This document shows, piece by piece, positions 12,594 through 25,489 of a DNA stretch of 64,000 nt (positions are counted from its first letter, which is position 1; every line of letters starts with the position of its first letter). The position numbers were made by a program, and so were the translations under genes. Source of the stretch: Octopus sinensis. Lineage: Eukaryota. The notes beneath the pieces were generated by a model. It was not told the DNA's origin. It searched no databases and was given only the letters and a program-made list of their open reading frames with translations. The stretch spans positions 113,832,001 to 113,896,000 of the forward strand of contig NC_042999.1 in assembly GCF_006345805.1 (NCBI RefSeq). Reading direction: 5' to 3'.

Positions 12594-14542
12594 AACTTAA
12601 TAACGTGTATTTCAACGAAAACATAGAAACAGTAAAATGTAGGTGCGGGCATGGTTGTGTGGTAAGAAGCTTGTTTCCTAACCACATGGCTCTGGGTTCA
12701 GTCCCATTATGTGATATCTTGGGCAAGTGTTTTCTACTATAGCCTTGGGCCAACCAAAGCCTTGAGTGGATTTGGTAGATGGTAACTGAAAGAAGCCAAT
12801 CATATATACAGACAGACAGATATATTTATGTGTTTGTGTGTGTGCTTGTCACCCCGCCATTGCTTGACATCCAATGCTGGTGTGTTTATGACCCCATAAC
12901 TTAGCAGTTTGGCAAAAGAGCCCAAGAGAATAAGTACTAGGCTTGTGTGTTTATGTCCCCATAACTTAGTTGTTCAGCAAAACAGAACAATAGAATAAGT
13001 ACTAGGCTTACAAAGAATAAGTCCTGGGGTCAATTTCTTCAACTAAAACCCTTTAAGGCAGTGGCTCCAGTACAGCTGCCATTAAATGACTGACACAAGT
13101 AAACGAATAAAAGAATAACAAAGGGTTCAATTAGGAATGACCTGGGAGCCAAAGTAAAACAACAACAACAAAGGGCATACAAGAACAAGCTGAACTATGG
13201 AGACAATGCAACATGGCTACTACACTGCATGCCACACAATAAACAACTATATGTTAGAGAGCAAAAGTGCAATTCTAACTGGGATGAGACTGACAATGTA
13301 CCTGGATCAATGGTTTATTAGCTGCCTCAAGTAAACATACAATGATGATATGGTTTGTTTGATTGGATCTGACAGTTGTTAAGAAAATTTTATAGACTTT
13401 GCTAATCAGTCATTGAAAAACAACACACATTAATCACAAGTGAAATCTTTCCATTTAAGCGAACAGGTATTTTTACCTTGACATATCTTCATCACAAAGA
13501 AATATGAAACCAGTGACATTTACTATATCAGAAAATTTTATCTGACAATTCTGTATTTATATATATTAAACTAATAACGTGTATTTCAACGAAAAACATA
13601 GAAACAGTAAAATGTAGGTGGGGCATGGTTGTGTGGTAAGAAGCTGTTTCCTAACCACATGGCTCTGGGTTCAGTCCCATTATGTGATATACTTGGGCAG
13701 TAGTTTTTCTACTATAGCCTTGGGCAACCAAAGCCTGAGTGGATTTGGTAGATGGTAACTGAAAGAAGCCAATCATATATACAGACAGACCAGATATATT
13801 TGTGTTTGTGGTGTGCTGTGTCACCCCGCCATTGCTGACATCCAATGTGGTGGTTTATGACCCCATAATTAGCAGTTTGGACAAAAGAGCCCAAGAGAAT
13901 AAGTACTAGGCTTGTGTGTATGTCCCCATAACTTAGTTGTTCAGCAAAACAGAACAATAGAATAAGTACTAGGCTTAAAAAGAATAAGTCCTGGGGTCAA
14001 TTTCTTCAACTAAAACCCTTTAAGGCAGTGGCTCCAGGTACAGCTGCCATTAAAGACTGACACAAGTAAACGAATAAAAGAATAATACAAGGGTTCAATT
14101 AGGAATGACCTGGGAGCCAAAGTAAAACAACAACAACAAAGGGCATACAAGAACAAGCTGAACTATGGAGACAATGCAACATGGCTACTACACTGCATGC
14201 CACACAATAAACAACTATATGTTAGAGAGCAAAAGTGCAATTCTAACTGGGATGAGACTGACAATGTACCTGGATCAATGGTTTTATTAGCTGCTCCAAG
14301 TAAACATACAAATGATGATATGGGTTTGTTTGATTGGATCTGACAGTTGTTAAGAAAATTTTATAGACTTCTGCTAATCAGTCATTGAAAACAACACACA
14401 TTAATCACAAGTGAAATCTTTCCATTTAAGCGAACAGGTATTTTACCTTGACATATCTTTCATCACAAAGAAATATGAAACCAGTGACATTTACTATATC
14501 AGAAAATTTTATCTGACAATTCTGTATTTATTATATATTAAA
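12594..14542. repeat. ~975 bp direct tandem duplication (12594-13568 / 13568-14542)
   Basis: Both units start a.taataacgtgtatttcaacgaaaa and end tttatctgacaattctgtatttat..atattaaa. Differences are mostly 1-bp indels. Confidence 0.95.
12641..13115 (+). mobile_element. SINE family A (with internal ~65 bp duplication); repeated at 13617-14085
   Basis: Family A head and body; gtgtttatg.ccccataacttag occurs twice. Confidence 0.85.
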
Positions 14543-16007
14543 TATTCATTTCTTTTCATATGGTACAAGGCCAATACTTTTGTAAAGGAAAATCATATCA
14601 ATCGAATTGGCTTGGTTACTGGTACAAATTTACAGCAAAATTGATTTTAGATAAGAACTACAGAAACTAATATATATATATATATATATAGTTTCAGACA
14701 TTGGAGGAGTGCAGCCATGCTGGAGCGTGACCTTAAAGGGGTTTTTAATTGAATTGCCCCAAGTACTTGATATGTTTTTAAGCTTTGTACAGCTAATTTT
14801 ATCAGTCTCTTATATCAAACCACACTAAGTTACTGTGTGTTTGTACATACAAATTGAAAGATTTTCAGACAAACTGTCTTAATCTTCCACTGTAACAATG
14901 CATATATATAAGTAGAGAGAGAGAGAGAGAGAGAGAGAATAATAATACCTGTTGCACAGAAAAACCAATAAGTAAGCCTTTATATGGCAGTGCAATCTGC
15001 CCCACCAAGAAAACAGTAGCTAAATCTCCCTCATATTGCATCTTGTACTCATAAAAAAAGGTACAGGTTGGTCAAAGCTGGAATGGTTTATCATAGGTCA
15101 GCTTGACCTGGAACTAAACAGCAACATCACAGGTGGTGCAGATAATTGAATTTGTAGGGCACTATACCACTAACCAAAGGGTCACTTATTCATAACTTGA
15201 ATATATTTATTGTTTCAACTTATGTTAAGGTTTCAGTTATTGTTAGAATAAACCTTGACAAGGCTATGCTCAAACGCATTCCAAACATGAACATCCTATC
15301 TTTTTGAGAGTATCTAGGACTACATTATCCAAAGTACCATAACATGTTTGGCTGCTATTTCAAGCAAGTTGAGATGCTTTGTAACGACTCCTTTATTGGC
15401 TCTTGTCAATATAGTCATGCAGTGTTGTAGGTTCACACTTCAAGCAATATCAGAGCCGTAAAATTGATTAATGATAGATTGGCCACACTGATTTATGAAG
15501 TATATATGCTGCACTAAATGACAAGGAAACCAGATTACTGATACTGATTTTCCTAATTCCCAATGAGATCAAAGGAAAAGTCAACTCCCAGCAGAATTGA
15601 AGTCTATGAAGGGGAAAACCTTCTCAGTCTGATGCTCTACATCAGTAGTTCTCAACTGAGGTCACATTAGATTTTGCAGCTAAAGTCTATGTGCAATAAG
15701 TTAGTTATATTTCAACAAAGCACAAAATATTTTTTAAAGTTTTTTTATTGGACAATGACATAAATCCAAGGTATGGTTATTGCTAGGTGAAAATTATTAT
15801 TATTAATATTATTATTATTGATGATGATGATGATGATGATGTCATCATAAGAAATTTTGTTACCTCCTATTAATTATGTTTCAAGTAACTATTTGAATTA
15901 CAAAAAAATAGATTTTTAATGGTTTCAAAGTTTTTTGGGCTTTTTTGTTTTGTTTCTTTGTCTCTCTGTTTTTTTACTAAATATAATTGATTAAATTCAT
16001 CTTTCAG

Positions 16008-16041
16008 AATAACAGTAACACAGAAGCCAAAGATCTTGAGG
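16008..16041 (+). CDS. Putative 34-nt exon (NNSNTEAKDLE or ITVTQKPKILR)
   Basis: Long polypyrimidine tract, a ctaa branch-like motif, ctttcag acceptor and AGG|gtaagc donor. Confidence 0.4.
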
Positions 16042-16392
16042 GTAAGCCAAGAACCAAAATCTTGAAGATGATGTATAAAGTGAGGGCCTTCCTTAGCACC
16101 TTGGTCTAAATTTTCCCTTCTCACTCGTCCCTAGTAATATATACTTACTTGTATGCCATTTGTTTTAATTATTTGTGTTTTCATATAAAGTTATTTGGTT
16201 TCGTAAAAATTCTGCGATCCAATTTAAATGAAGGAAAAACAATTCACTTGTTCTTATGTAAGAAATCCTTCATTTAAACCTCTTTTACATGAAACCACAT
16301 ATCTAAGGTAGCTTGTTTAAAATGTTCCATAAAACAAGTTTTGAATTAAAATTACAATATTGTTTTACAGGGATTAATTTCATTGAATAGAA

Positions 16393-16632
16393 TAATTAAA
16401 AATGAAATAACAGGTATACTATTTCATTTAATGAATTGATGATATATCGGATAAAACAGCTTGTAATATCCGTTCCAAGTCTCTGAACTCTGAGTTCAAA
16501 TCCTACCAAGGTCTAATTAAAAATGAAGTAACAACAGGTATACTATTTCATTTAATGAATTGATAGCATATTGGATAGAACAGCTTGTAATATCTGTTGC
16601 AAGTCTCTAAACTCTGAGTTCAAATCCTATCA
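16393..16632. repeat. ~122 bp tandem duplication covering a SINE head
   Basis: aattaaaaatgaa.taac..aggtatactatttcatttaatgaattgat...ctctgagttcaaatccta occurs twice. Confidence 0.9.
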
Positions 16633-17599
16633 ACGTCGACTTTGCCTTTCATTCTTTTTGAATCAATAAAAATGTACCAATGCAGGTTTTGTAGATTGAT
16701 GGAACTGTAAGAACCCCAAGCAAAATATTTCACAGTATTTGTTAAGCTCTTTGCTTTCAATGTTCAACTCCAACCATGGTCTACTTGGGGCAGCCCAGTT
16801 TAACACCACCACTTGACACCTTTGAAGCCTTTACTAGAGTCCACTCTATTGCAGGAATTCAGACCAGGTCTCCCACCCTTCTAGTAGTCATATAGATCCT
16901 GTAAAGGACCATGGACACTGACTTCTTTCCTGACTAAAATAAAAGAAAAAATCCCAAATCATTTCACTACATCCCAAATCTGAACGGATCTGTTATCAAA
17001 TTATAACAAATAAATGTTAAGAAATGAATTGTAACATATATAATTCTAAGCCACATATAATACAAACTAAAACTTATATAATCTTAGAATCAAGAATTTT
17101 AATTTAGACGTTTGAAAAAAGTCTATAGGTATTATAAGAATATCCTACTTATATCACTGGTCAAATATTTTGGTCAGGCAGAACCAGTCGCAAAAAAAGA
17201 AACAATGTCATGTACGTTTAATAATGACTCCCAAAACCCTTAGTTGTTGTTCACCTTGATCAAGTAAACCTATGATCAAAGGAGCATTCTAGTTGTGACC
17301 ATCCAATGGTACCCACCTGAATCTAAAATATATCTAGGACTACACAGCCAAAGTTTTGCTGTTTATCCCCTCACAAACGATAGGATGTAGTCTTAGTGAT
17401 TTAGCTGCTATTTCTACCAGGAAAAGATATCCCTAAAGATTCCCACGTTTATCTTTTCGACTTTAATAAGAAATGACTGGAGGAAACTATTAAAAAGTAG
17501 TTTGTGTGGTACTTTACACATTCAGTTGTTTCATTTGTTTTTTCTTTTCTTTTTCTCTTTTTTTTTCTCTCTTTTTTTTTTTTTGTATTGCAGATAATA

Positions 17600-18253
17600 G
17601 TTACAGTATACCGAAGGACAATTATCTCATTCGATGTAACAAGAATTCGGACACTTTTTACAATTCCCGTTTTACTTCTTTTTCTTTGTCGAAAAAAAAA
17701 AATAATAAAACGATTAAATAATGATTCGGCAGAAATGAATAAGGGGAAAAAAAAAAACATATATTCCTCAACAATGGAGCTGAAGAAATATATCGGAAAG
17801 TGGTAGTTTATAATGTCAATAAACTTAAGACACAACGAAAAGTTATCCCAAACAACAAGCAATATGAAAACAAAAACATTTGCTTTGCAGATAGTTTGAT
17901 TCTATGTGAAAGCATTTCTACAGTAGGCAGGGACAATATATAGATATACATAAACAAAATATAGGGGACAGTGCAAAGGAGCACAATCTTCAACTTCGAA
18001 ATACTGTAGTCATCAGACAAAATTCTGTCACTAAGGGTGTGGTAATATGCCGTTGACAACTTTAGTTATCATTCTAAGTTCTTTATTTATTACACATCAC
18101 CGACACGGTAATGGCGGATAAAACGAAGAATCGTTAACATTATATAAATGGACAATACATATGTTGCACACCAGACGACTTCAGGTAAAAGAAAATTAAA
18201 AACACACGCAAAACATTCATAAACACAAACACGTGTCATACACATACATACAT

Positions 18254-18292
<39 letters not shown>

Positions 18293-18522
18293 GATGTGTG
18301 TATTGTCTAGACCTTGGAGCTGTGAATATCCTGAAAAGCTATTTAAATAATCCTCAGAGACAAAGCCAATAAGAAATACCAAGTAAACCTTACCATTAGT
18401 TAAGCTCATCTAAGATTTGTTATCTAAAAACCTGGCAACTGTGCAGCATTTCGCTGGTACAGCAGAAACGGTGAACGGGAGTGTGTTTATGTGTATCGCC
18501 CTTATCACTCAATAATAACAAT

Positions 18523-18553
<31 letters not shown>

Positions 18554-20082
18554 GAGCGATAGACAGACAGACAGGCAAGCAGGCAGAAAACAGACAGATA
18601 GATAGATAGACGGAAGAGAGAGAGAGAGAGAGTGTGTGTGACTTGTAGTAACTGAGTAACACAGTAAACACTAATCGCAGAGAGAACTGAAATTCCTAGA
18701 AATAAAAAAAAAAACGCAATAACAATAAGGATCAGAAAAGGGGAGAAATTGTTTACTTTCATTAGTTCTACATCAGCAAAGGCGAGGAAAAACGGAGAAC
18801 AGTTTTATCCTGTCCAATAACAAGACTCCCTCAGTACAGCGTAAACAAAACTCGGGAAGACAAGATTATTTAAAGAAAACAAATGTAGATTACGATTATT
18901 TCCGGATTACGCTATTCATATTACACTGGATCCGGATCTACGATTGTTATTGGTTATTTTATTTTATTTTATTTATTTATTTATTTTTTGACAATTGTTA
19001 ATAGTGACGCATGCAAAGTAAGAAATGTCTTAAGAGTCAGGCGTGGCTGCGTGATATGAAGTTTGCTTCTCAACAACATGCTTCCAAGTTCAGGTCACTG
19101 CGTGTTACCTTGGGCAAGTGTATACTGCTATAGACTTGTCGCTTTGATAGACGGAAACTGACTTTGATAGAGGGAAACTGAAAGATGCCCAGCGTGTGCG
19201 CGCGTGTGTGTTTATCCCCCCACTTGACAACTGATGTCTGCTTGCGTCACTTAGCTGTTCGGCAAAAAGAACGATAGAATAAGCACTAGACTTTTTTTTT
19301 CAATACGCATGAGCGCCGGGATCGATTTGTTAGACTAAACACTTCGAGACGGTACGCCAGCACGGCCGGGTTCAATGACTGAACAAGGATAAAATGTAAC
19401 GAGAGGGAGAGGGGGAGACAGATAGGCAGGCGGAAGGGAAGGTGAGGTAGGCAGACAGGAAGAGAGAGGGGGATTGAGACAGAGGAAAATGGAGAGACAG
19501 AGACAGACAGGTGGCAGGGAAGGAAGGAAGGAAGGATGGATGGATAGATAGATAGATAAGAGAGAGAGAGTCAGACAAGGGAAAAAAGTTTCTCAGGGGA
19601 GGGAACTCGATGCAACAGTATTTTTGTATTGGTAACTAAACATTAACATGCGGATTGCATTCAAGCAGTTGATCCGTGATCAAAGGCGTTCTGGCAATTA
19701 CCATTTTGTCTAGTCATGGCTTTATTAAGTGTCTTTTCTTTTTGAAGAGTGTGTGATTCGGGGGGTAATTTGATTGCTACTTCTAACAGGTCACACGACT
19801 GCATAGCTCTGTTTTTTTTTGGAAGGATTTTTCGAATTAAGTACAAGGCCAAACATTCGCATATTTCATTGAGATTTAATTGACCGGCTGCTAAAGGATA
19901 AAAGGCAAAGATGTTCTCAATGGGAACTGAACTCGAGACTTACAGAGACGTAACCAAATAGCGTATGGAATTTTATCCGACACTCCACCGACCCTAGCAA
20001 TTACAACAAGAACAGTAGCGTTTAGGAAACAGCTGGTTATATATACGAGGGAAGAGAAAGAAAGCCAAGTGCGGAAGTAGAT
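17600..20082. promoter_or_regulatory. CpG-retaining region, possible promoter or unmethylated zone
   Basis: CG dinucleotides are visibly frequent (including inside SINE copies) versus CG-poor flanks. Candidate first-exon donors lie at 18184 (+) and 18394 (-). Confidence 0.35.
19038..19385 (+). mobile_element. SINE family A retaining many CpGs
   Basis: ggcgtggctgcgtg...gacggaaactgaaag...ttcggcaaaa...ggtacgccagcacggccg. Confidence 0.8.
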
Positions 20083-20182
20083 NNNNNNNNNNNNNNNNNN
20101 NNNNNNNNNNNNNNNNNNNNNNNNNNNNNNNNNNNNNNNNNNNNNNNNNNNNNNNNNNNNNNNNNNNNNNNNNNNNNNNNNN
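20083..20182. other. Assembly gap (100 N)
   Basis: Exactly 100 Ns, a typical placeholder for a gap of unknown size. Confidence 0.99.
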
Positions 20183-20277
20183 TATCTAATCAATATTATA
20201 TAATATATATATATATTATAACACCATAAATAATATATATTATATATATATATATATTATATATAATACAACATAAC

Positions 20278-20328
<51 letters not shown>

Positions 20329-20384
20329 AATTATATATATGTATATATATATATATACACACACACAACATATATCCATACATC

Positions 20385-20730
20385 ATCATCATCATCGTCG
20401 TCGTTTAACGTCCGCTTTCCATGATAGCATGGGTTGGACGGTTTGACTGTGGGCTGGCAAACCAGATGGCTGCACCAAGCTCCAGCCTTGATCTGGAAGA
20501 GTTTCTACAGTGGGATGCCCTTCCTAATGCCAACCACTCTGTGAGTGTAGTGGGTTCTTTCTGTGTGCCACCAGCACAGGGTCCAGAGCAGGCTGGCAAC
20601 AACCATGATCGGTCATGGATTTTACGTGCCAACCGCACTGAAGCCAGTCAGGGCGGCGCTGGCATTGGCCACATTCGGATGGTGTTTTTTACGTGCCACT
20701 GGCACAGGTATCACAACTACAATTTCCATT
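20385..20730 (-). mobile_element. Young family C element
   Basis: (catcat)n-ttaacgtccgctttccatg.tagcatgggttggacgg...gggatgcccttcctaatgccaaccact. Confidence 0.85.
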
Positions 20731-20792
20731 TGATTTTTATTTTGATGATATATATACATTATATATATATAATATATATATATATATCATAT

Positions 20793-20830
<38 letters not shown>

Positions 20831-22314
20831 TATATATATATATATAATAATATACACATACATATATAAAGTTACTTATAATTGAAGAATGAAAATCAGG
20901 CGCTGCAAAAGTAGAGAAAGAAAAGTGGAATAGTTCTCCCTGTGTTAAGACAGCTGTACCATTCCTTTGTTACTCCATAATTTATTACATGTTACTTCCG
21001 TAATAAAACGGCTCTGAAAGACAGACAAACATATATATATTTATAAGTGATATTCTATATAGAAAGTGCAGACCTGTCACTGTGACAGTTTATGGAATGT
21101 TGGTTGATAAGGTTTCTTGTCTGTCTAGAGAGTCTTCCCCTCCTACAACTTTCGACAATAATAAAACCTCACCAAGTTTACTATTTACCGTTCCTGTCTG
21201 CCAACTCTAATTTGATGATTGTTTTAACAGCGTAACACACATTCAAAACATTTCCAAAGGAACATACAAAAATGATCTAATAAAATGTGTTATAATAAGA
21301 AACAAAACTGTAAACTATTGGTAACTAAACAGAAAATGAGGATGTTTTGATGAAAGAATTTCTACATGTCAGTTTGACAATGGCCTCATCAATCTAGCTG
21401 GCACATATCTTTGCACACTCACAAGAGAATTTTCCCTATTTCATTCATTCATTGTTATGAAAGGAATATGACTCAGCATGAGATGCACCAGTAAAAACCA
21501 TTTTCTCTCCTTTTTTTTTATTTGGATACAACTTGTGTATTGTGAATGTCACTGATTCAGTCATGGATACTACAAATGGTTTATTTTGGGGGGGAAGCGA
21601 GCAGAGAAATGGAATGCACATAAGTGAATAGAGTTGATCTCAAAAGAGACTTAAGCACCTGAAATAATCCTCTATCGGCCCACTTATCTGCTATTCTCTC
21701 TTCCTTTCACACAAAACACACATACCTATCCATTTTCCATACCATTCATATGAAGGGAACCAATAAAGGCCAGTGAAATTCATTCGTTGCATCAAAACCC
21801 AAGGAAAAGCTTGTTCACAGTCCAACATCACTGATAAAAGACATATCTCTGTTCACTTGTGTATTAAGTCAACATAAGAGTCAGCATCTAATTATGAAAT
21901 ATATGATTCAACAACTGCATGAAACAGTGTACAATATGGTTTGAGATTGAAGTTGAAGATATTTGGACCACTTGACCCATGGCTTGCTGTTACGCATTTA
22001 ATTGGCTACTTCTGTCCAATAGCTCTGTTCTGTTCGACAACAGCAACAACCACAACTCTGGTGAAACAAATTTCTAAATATACTGAAATATCTAATCTCT
22101 GCACACATGGATTACCAAATGCAAACTAATCTAACTGGAGGTTAAGATGCCAATGAAATCCATTGTAATATGTTTAAAGACAAGGCATGCAATAAGTCTA
22201 GTTCCTTGGTCTGGTAGCAAATATTTTATGGTTGAATGGTTAGCTGTAACTAACTGCAAAAAGAAACTTAACAATATACAAGTTCAAATTTTGGGAGAAC
22301 TTATCAATAATGAT

Positions 22315-23525
22315 AATAATAAGCCTTTCTACTATAGGCACAAGGCCTGAAATTTGTAGGAAGGAGGGCCAGTCAATTAGATCGATCCCAGTATGAAACT
22401 GCTACTTAATTTATTGACCCCAAAAGGATGAAAGCAAAGTCAACCTCAGCAGAATTTGAACTCAGAACATAGCAGCAGATGAAATACTGCTAAACATTTT
22501 GCCCGGTGTGCTAATGATTCTGCCAGCTCATTACCTTAACAATAATAATGATTTCAAATTTTGTCACAAGGCCAGCAATTTCAGGAGGGGATAAGTTGAT
22601 TACTTTGACCCCAGTGCCTCACAGGTGCTTATTTTATCAACCCCAAAAGGATGAAAGGCGAAGTTAGCGCCAGTGGAATTTGAACTCAGAATGTGAAAAT
22701 GGACAAAACACTGCTAAGCATTTTGCCTGGCATACATACATATATAAAGTTACTTATAATTGTCGAATGAATTTCGCTGGCCTTTATTGGTTCCCTTCAT
22801 ATGAATGGTATGGAAAATGGATAGGTATGTGTGTTTGTGTGAAAGGAAGAGAGAATAGCAGGTAAGTGGGCAGATAGAGGATTATTTTCAGGTGCTTAGA
22901 GTCTCTTTTGAGATCAACTCTATTGTCACTTATGTGCATTCCATTTCTCTGCTGCTTCCCCAAAATAAGCCATTTGTAAGTTCCATGACTGAATCAGTGA
23001 CATTCACAATACACAAAGTTGTATCCCAAATAAAAAATGATTCTGCTAGCTCACAGTCTTAGAAACAATAATAATAATAATGATAATCCTTTCTACTATA
23101 GGCACAAGGCTTGAAATTTTGGGAAAGGGGGCTAATTGATTACATCAACCCCATTGTTTCACTGGTACTTAATTTATTGATACTGAAAGGATGAAAGGCA
23201 AAGTTGACCTTGGCAGAAGTTGAACTCAGAACTTAGTGGCAGACGAAATACCACTAAACACTTCACCCAGCATGCTAAGGATTCAGCTAGCTCACTGTCT
23301 TAATAATAGTAATAATAATCCTTTCTACTATAGAGACAAGGCCTGAAATTTGGGGAAGGGGACTAGTCAACTACATCAACCCAATTTTTCACTGGTACTT
23401 AATTTATCGACCCCAAAAGGATGAAAGGCAAAGCTGTCCTCAACAGAAGCTGAACTCAGAACATGAAGATGGATGAAATACTGCTAAGCATTTTATCCGG
23501 TGTGCTAATGATTCTGCCAGCTCGC
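22315..23525 (-). mobile_element. Head-to-tail cluster of five or more family B SINEs
   Basis: Repeated unit (aat)n-cctttctactataggcacaaggcctgaaattt...ccaaaaggatgaaaggcaaagt.gacctc...gaatttgaactcagaa...tgattctgccagctc, all in the same orientation. Confidence 0.88.
22733..23037. repeat. Chimeric local copy: ~30 bp of 20855-20885 (direct) plus ~280 bp of 21510-21785 (inverted)
   Basis: Direct alignment by eye. The insertion splits a family B SINE between cattttgcctgg and tgattctgctagctc. Confidence 0.9.
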
Positions 23526-24647
23526 CACCTTAATCATAATAGTAATAATATCAATTAGTAACATTGAACAGTTAAAGAGCTCTTAAAATATTAGGGGGAA
23601 ATTTATTACACACCAAAGCAACTGTGGTCATAAAAATATTTAAATGATTGTTCTGATTGAGCAATTCAACAGAAAATCTATATTTAACCAGTGAAATGCT
23701 TTTAACCATATTGAATGGAATCACACTAGTGCTTTCAGCAGTTTAGACACAGGAGAAAGGTTTCTAAGCTTCTTTTTTCATTTTTACATTTTTATTTTTC
23801 TTTTCTCTTTCTTAACTATAAATGGTTAGTATCGGATTTGCTTTTTCAAGAATTCACACAGAATCAAAAGTGTTAAATTGCATTATTTTATTCATATATT
23901 TATGTGTGTGTCTGTGTGCACGCGCACGTGTGTGCGGGTGCATGTGTGCGTGTGTGGATTTACTGCTTTTATCACAGAATAGGTTACCAACTGACTTTTC
24001 AATGAACTACAAAGTGGAAGTGAAGCTATGTGATTCTCTTGCTCCCAATTAGTGGCATAATAATTTACTCTCTGTTTCATTTGAACAAACCAAGTAGAAG
24101 AATTGGTAATCAATCTTTAAAAGAAATGAGCTTTGAACTGTAAGGTACCAACCAAATTCAGGAATTCAACCAAAAAACTAAGCAATGTACTCCCCAGTTG
24201 GCTCCATGGAGACTGAAGTGGGTATAAAAATTAATAGAACATGATGGATCAGCTACTTGTAATGGTTCAGTGCACACAAATTTCTGAAGAAAAAGTGTCA
24301 TCCTTTTTCAGAATCATAAGGATCAGAAGAATTTGTGCTAATGTAACAGACTTTATATATTGCAAGCATTTAAACTCAGGTTTTTCCTTCCAGTTTCAGA
24401 GGCCTAGCAAAAAGAAGAAAAAAATCATTGGTACCTGGTTAAAAAAAAAAACCTTGTTTCCTTAAGTATGAAATGGTCAAGAACAAGCTGTCCTTTCATT
24501 GGGATGCTGGTTTTTCACAGGCAGTTATTTGTGCAGGAGGAATTTGAATTGCATTTAGCACTGCAAAGAAATACTCTTAAGTTCCATTGATAGAGCCTCT
24601 ATGCCTCAAACTTACAGAAACAGTAGCCTAGTTTTCCTATATCATCT

Positions 24648-24875
24648 TTAACCGTTTAGCATTTAAACCAGCGATATCCAGCCCAAATATTCTACTTGTT
24701 TTATGTTCAAACTGGCCAGATCCAGCCTCTCACACCTACCCTACAATATCATTCTAAAAATAAACAGTCACACTTTCAAAATCTCAAAGCTATGGAATAA
24801 TACAGGATTCATTTTATAAAATGTGAATATATAAGTAATACATTTGGCAAAGTAATCTGAATACTAAGGGGTTAA
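24648..24875 (+). mobile_element. ~225 bp piggyBac-like MITE, family 1
   Basis: TTAA-cc(g)tttagcattt ... aatactaaggggTTAA. The same internal sequence recurs at 34011, 38642 and 52174. Confidence 0.85.
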
Positions 24876-25489
24876 AAAGAGAGAACACATTAAATAATCT
24901 AGTCCTAAATACACTATCTGAAATAATATGCTGGTCATAGCTGAAATCTCTCTGATCATTTAGGTTTACTCAAGTAAATCTGACCTGAGGTTAAACAACA
25001 ACAACAACAACAATGATCTCAACCAGAGAGCTAAGTGTCTTGGCTATAGAAATATTGTTGTGCTAGTGACTTTATCATTGTTTTAATGCTCATTTTTCTG
25101 TACTCGCATAGGTCAGATAGAATTTGTTGAGGCAGTTTTTCTACAGCCAGATGCTCTACCTGTCACCAAATCTCACCGTTTTCAATTTCTCCATTGCCAG
25201 ATATTTTTTCACTGAAGATTAGAAACAAAGGACACTGTTTATATGAGGGTAACACTCGATTATAACTCTCAAGCCATGTCAAAACAAGAAGACACACACA
25301 CATCCAAATATATACATATTGTATTTATTTGCATCTCTATCTTCATTTCAGCTCATCTGGATTCCTCATATAGCCACTCATTACTCTGTGGGCCTAGTCC
25401 TTGATAAAAGTTTCAGCATTTAAGTTCTAATCATTTGAGTACTTTCATGCGTTTTCTATACTGCGAATCTCTACATCTCACTATTTGAC

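Noticed and set aside
13135-13320. ~65 open codons (NDLGAKVKQQQQRAYKNKLNYG...)
   Set aside because: No start or convincing splice sites and no recognisable family. It also lies in the suspect duplicated block.
17449-17862. Hydrophobic F/L-rich ORFs resembling membrane proteins
   Set aside because: They derive from T-rich and A-rich low-complexity tracts.
22315-23525. Regularly spaced repeats resembling a CRISPR-like array
   Set aside because: The units are ~200-bp diverged SINE copies in a eukaryotic genome, with no short conserved repeat plus unique spacer structure and no cas genes.
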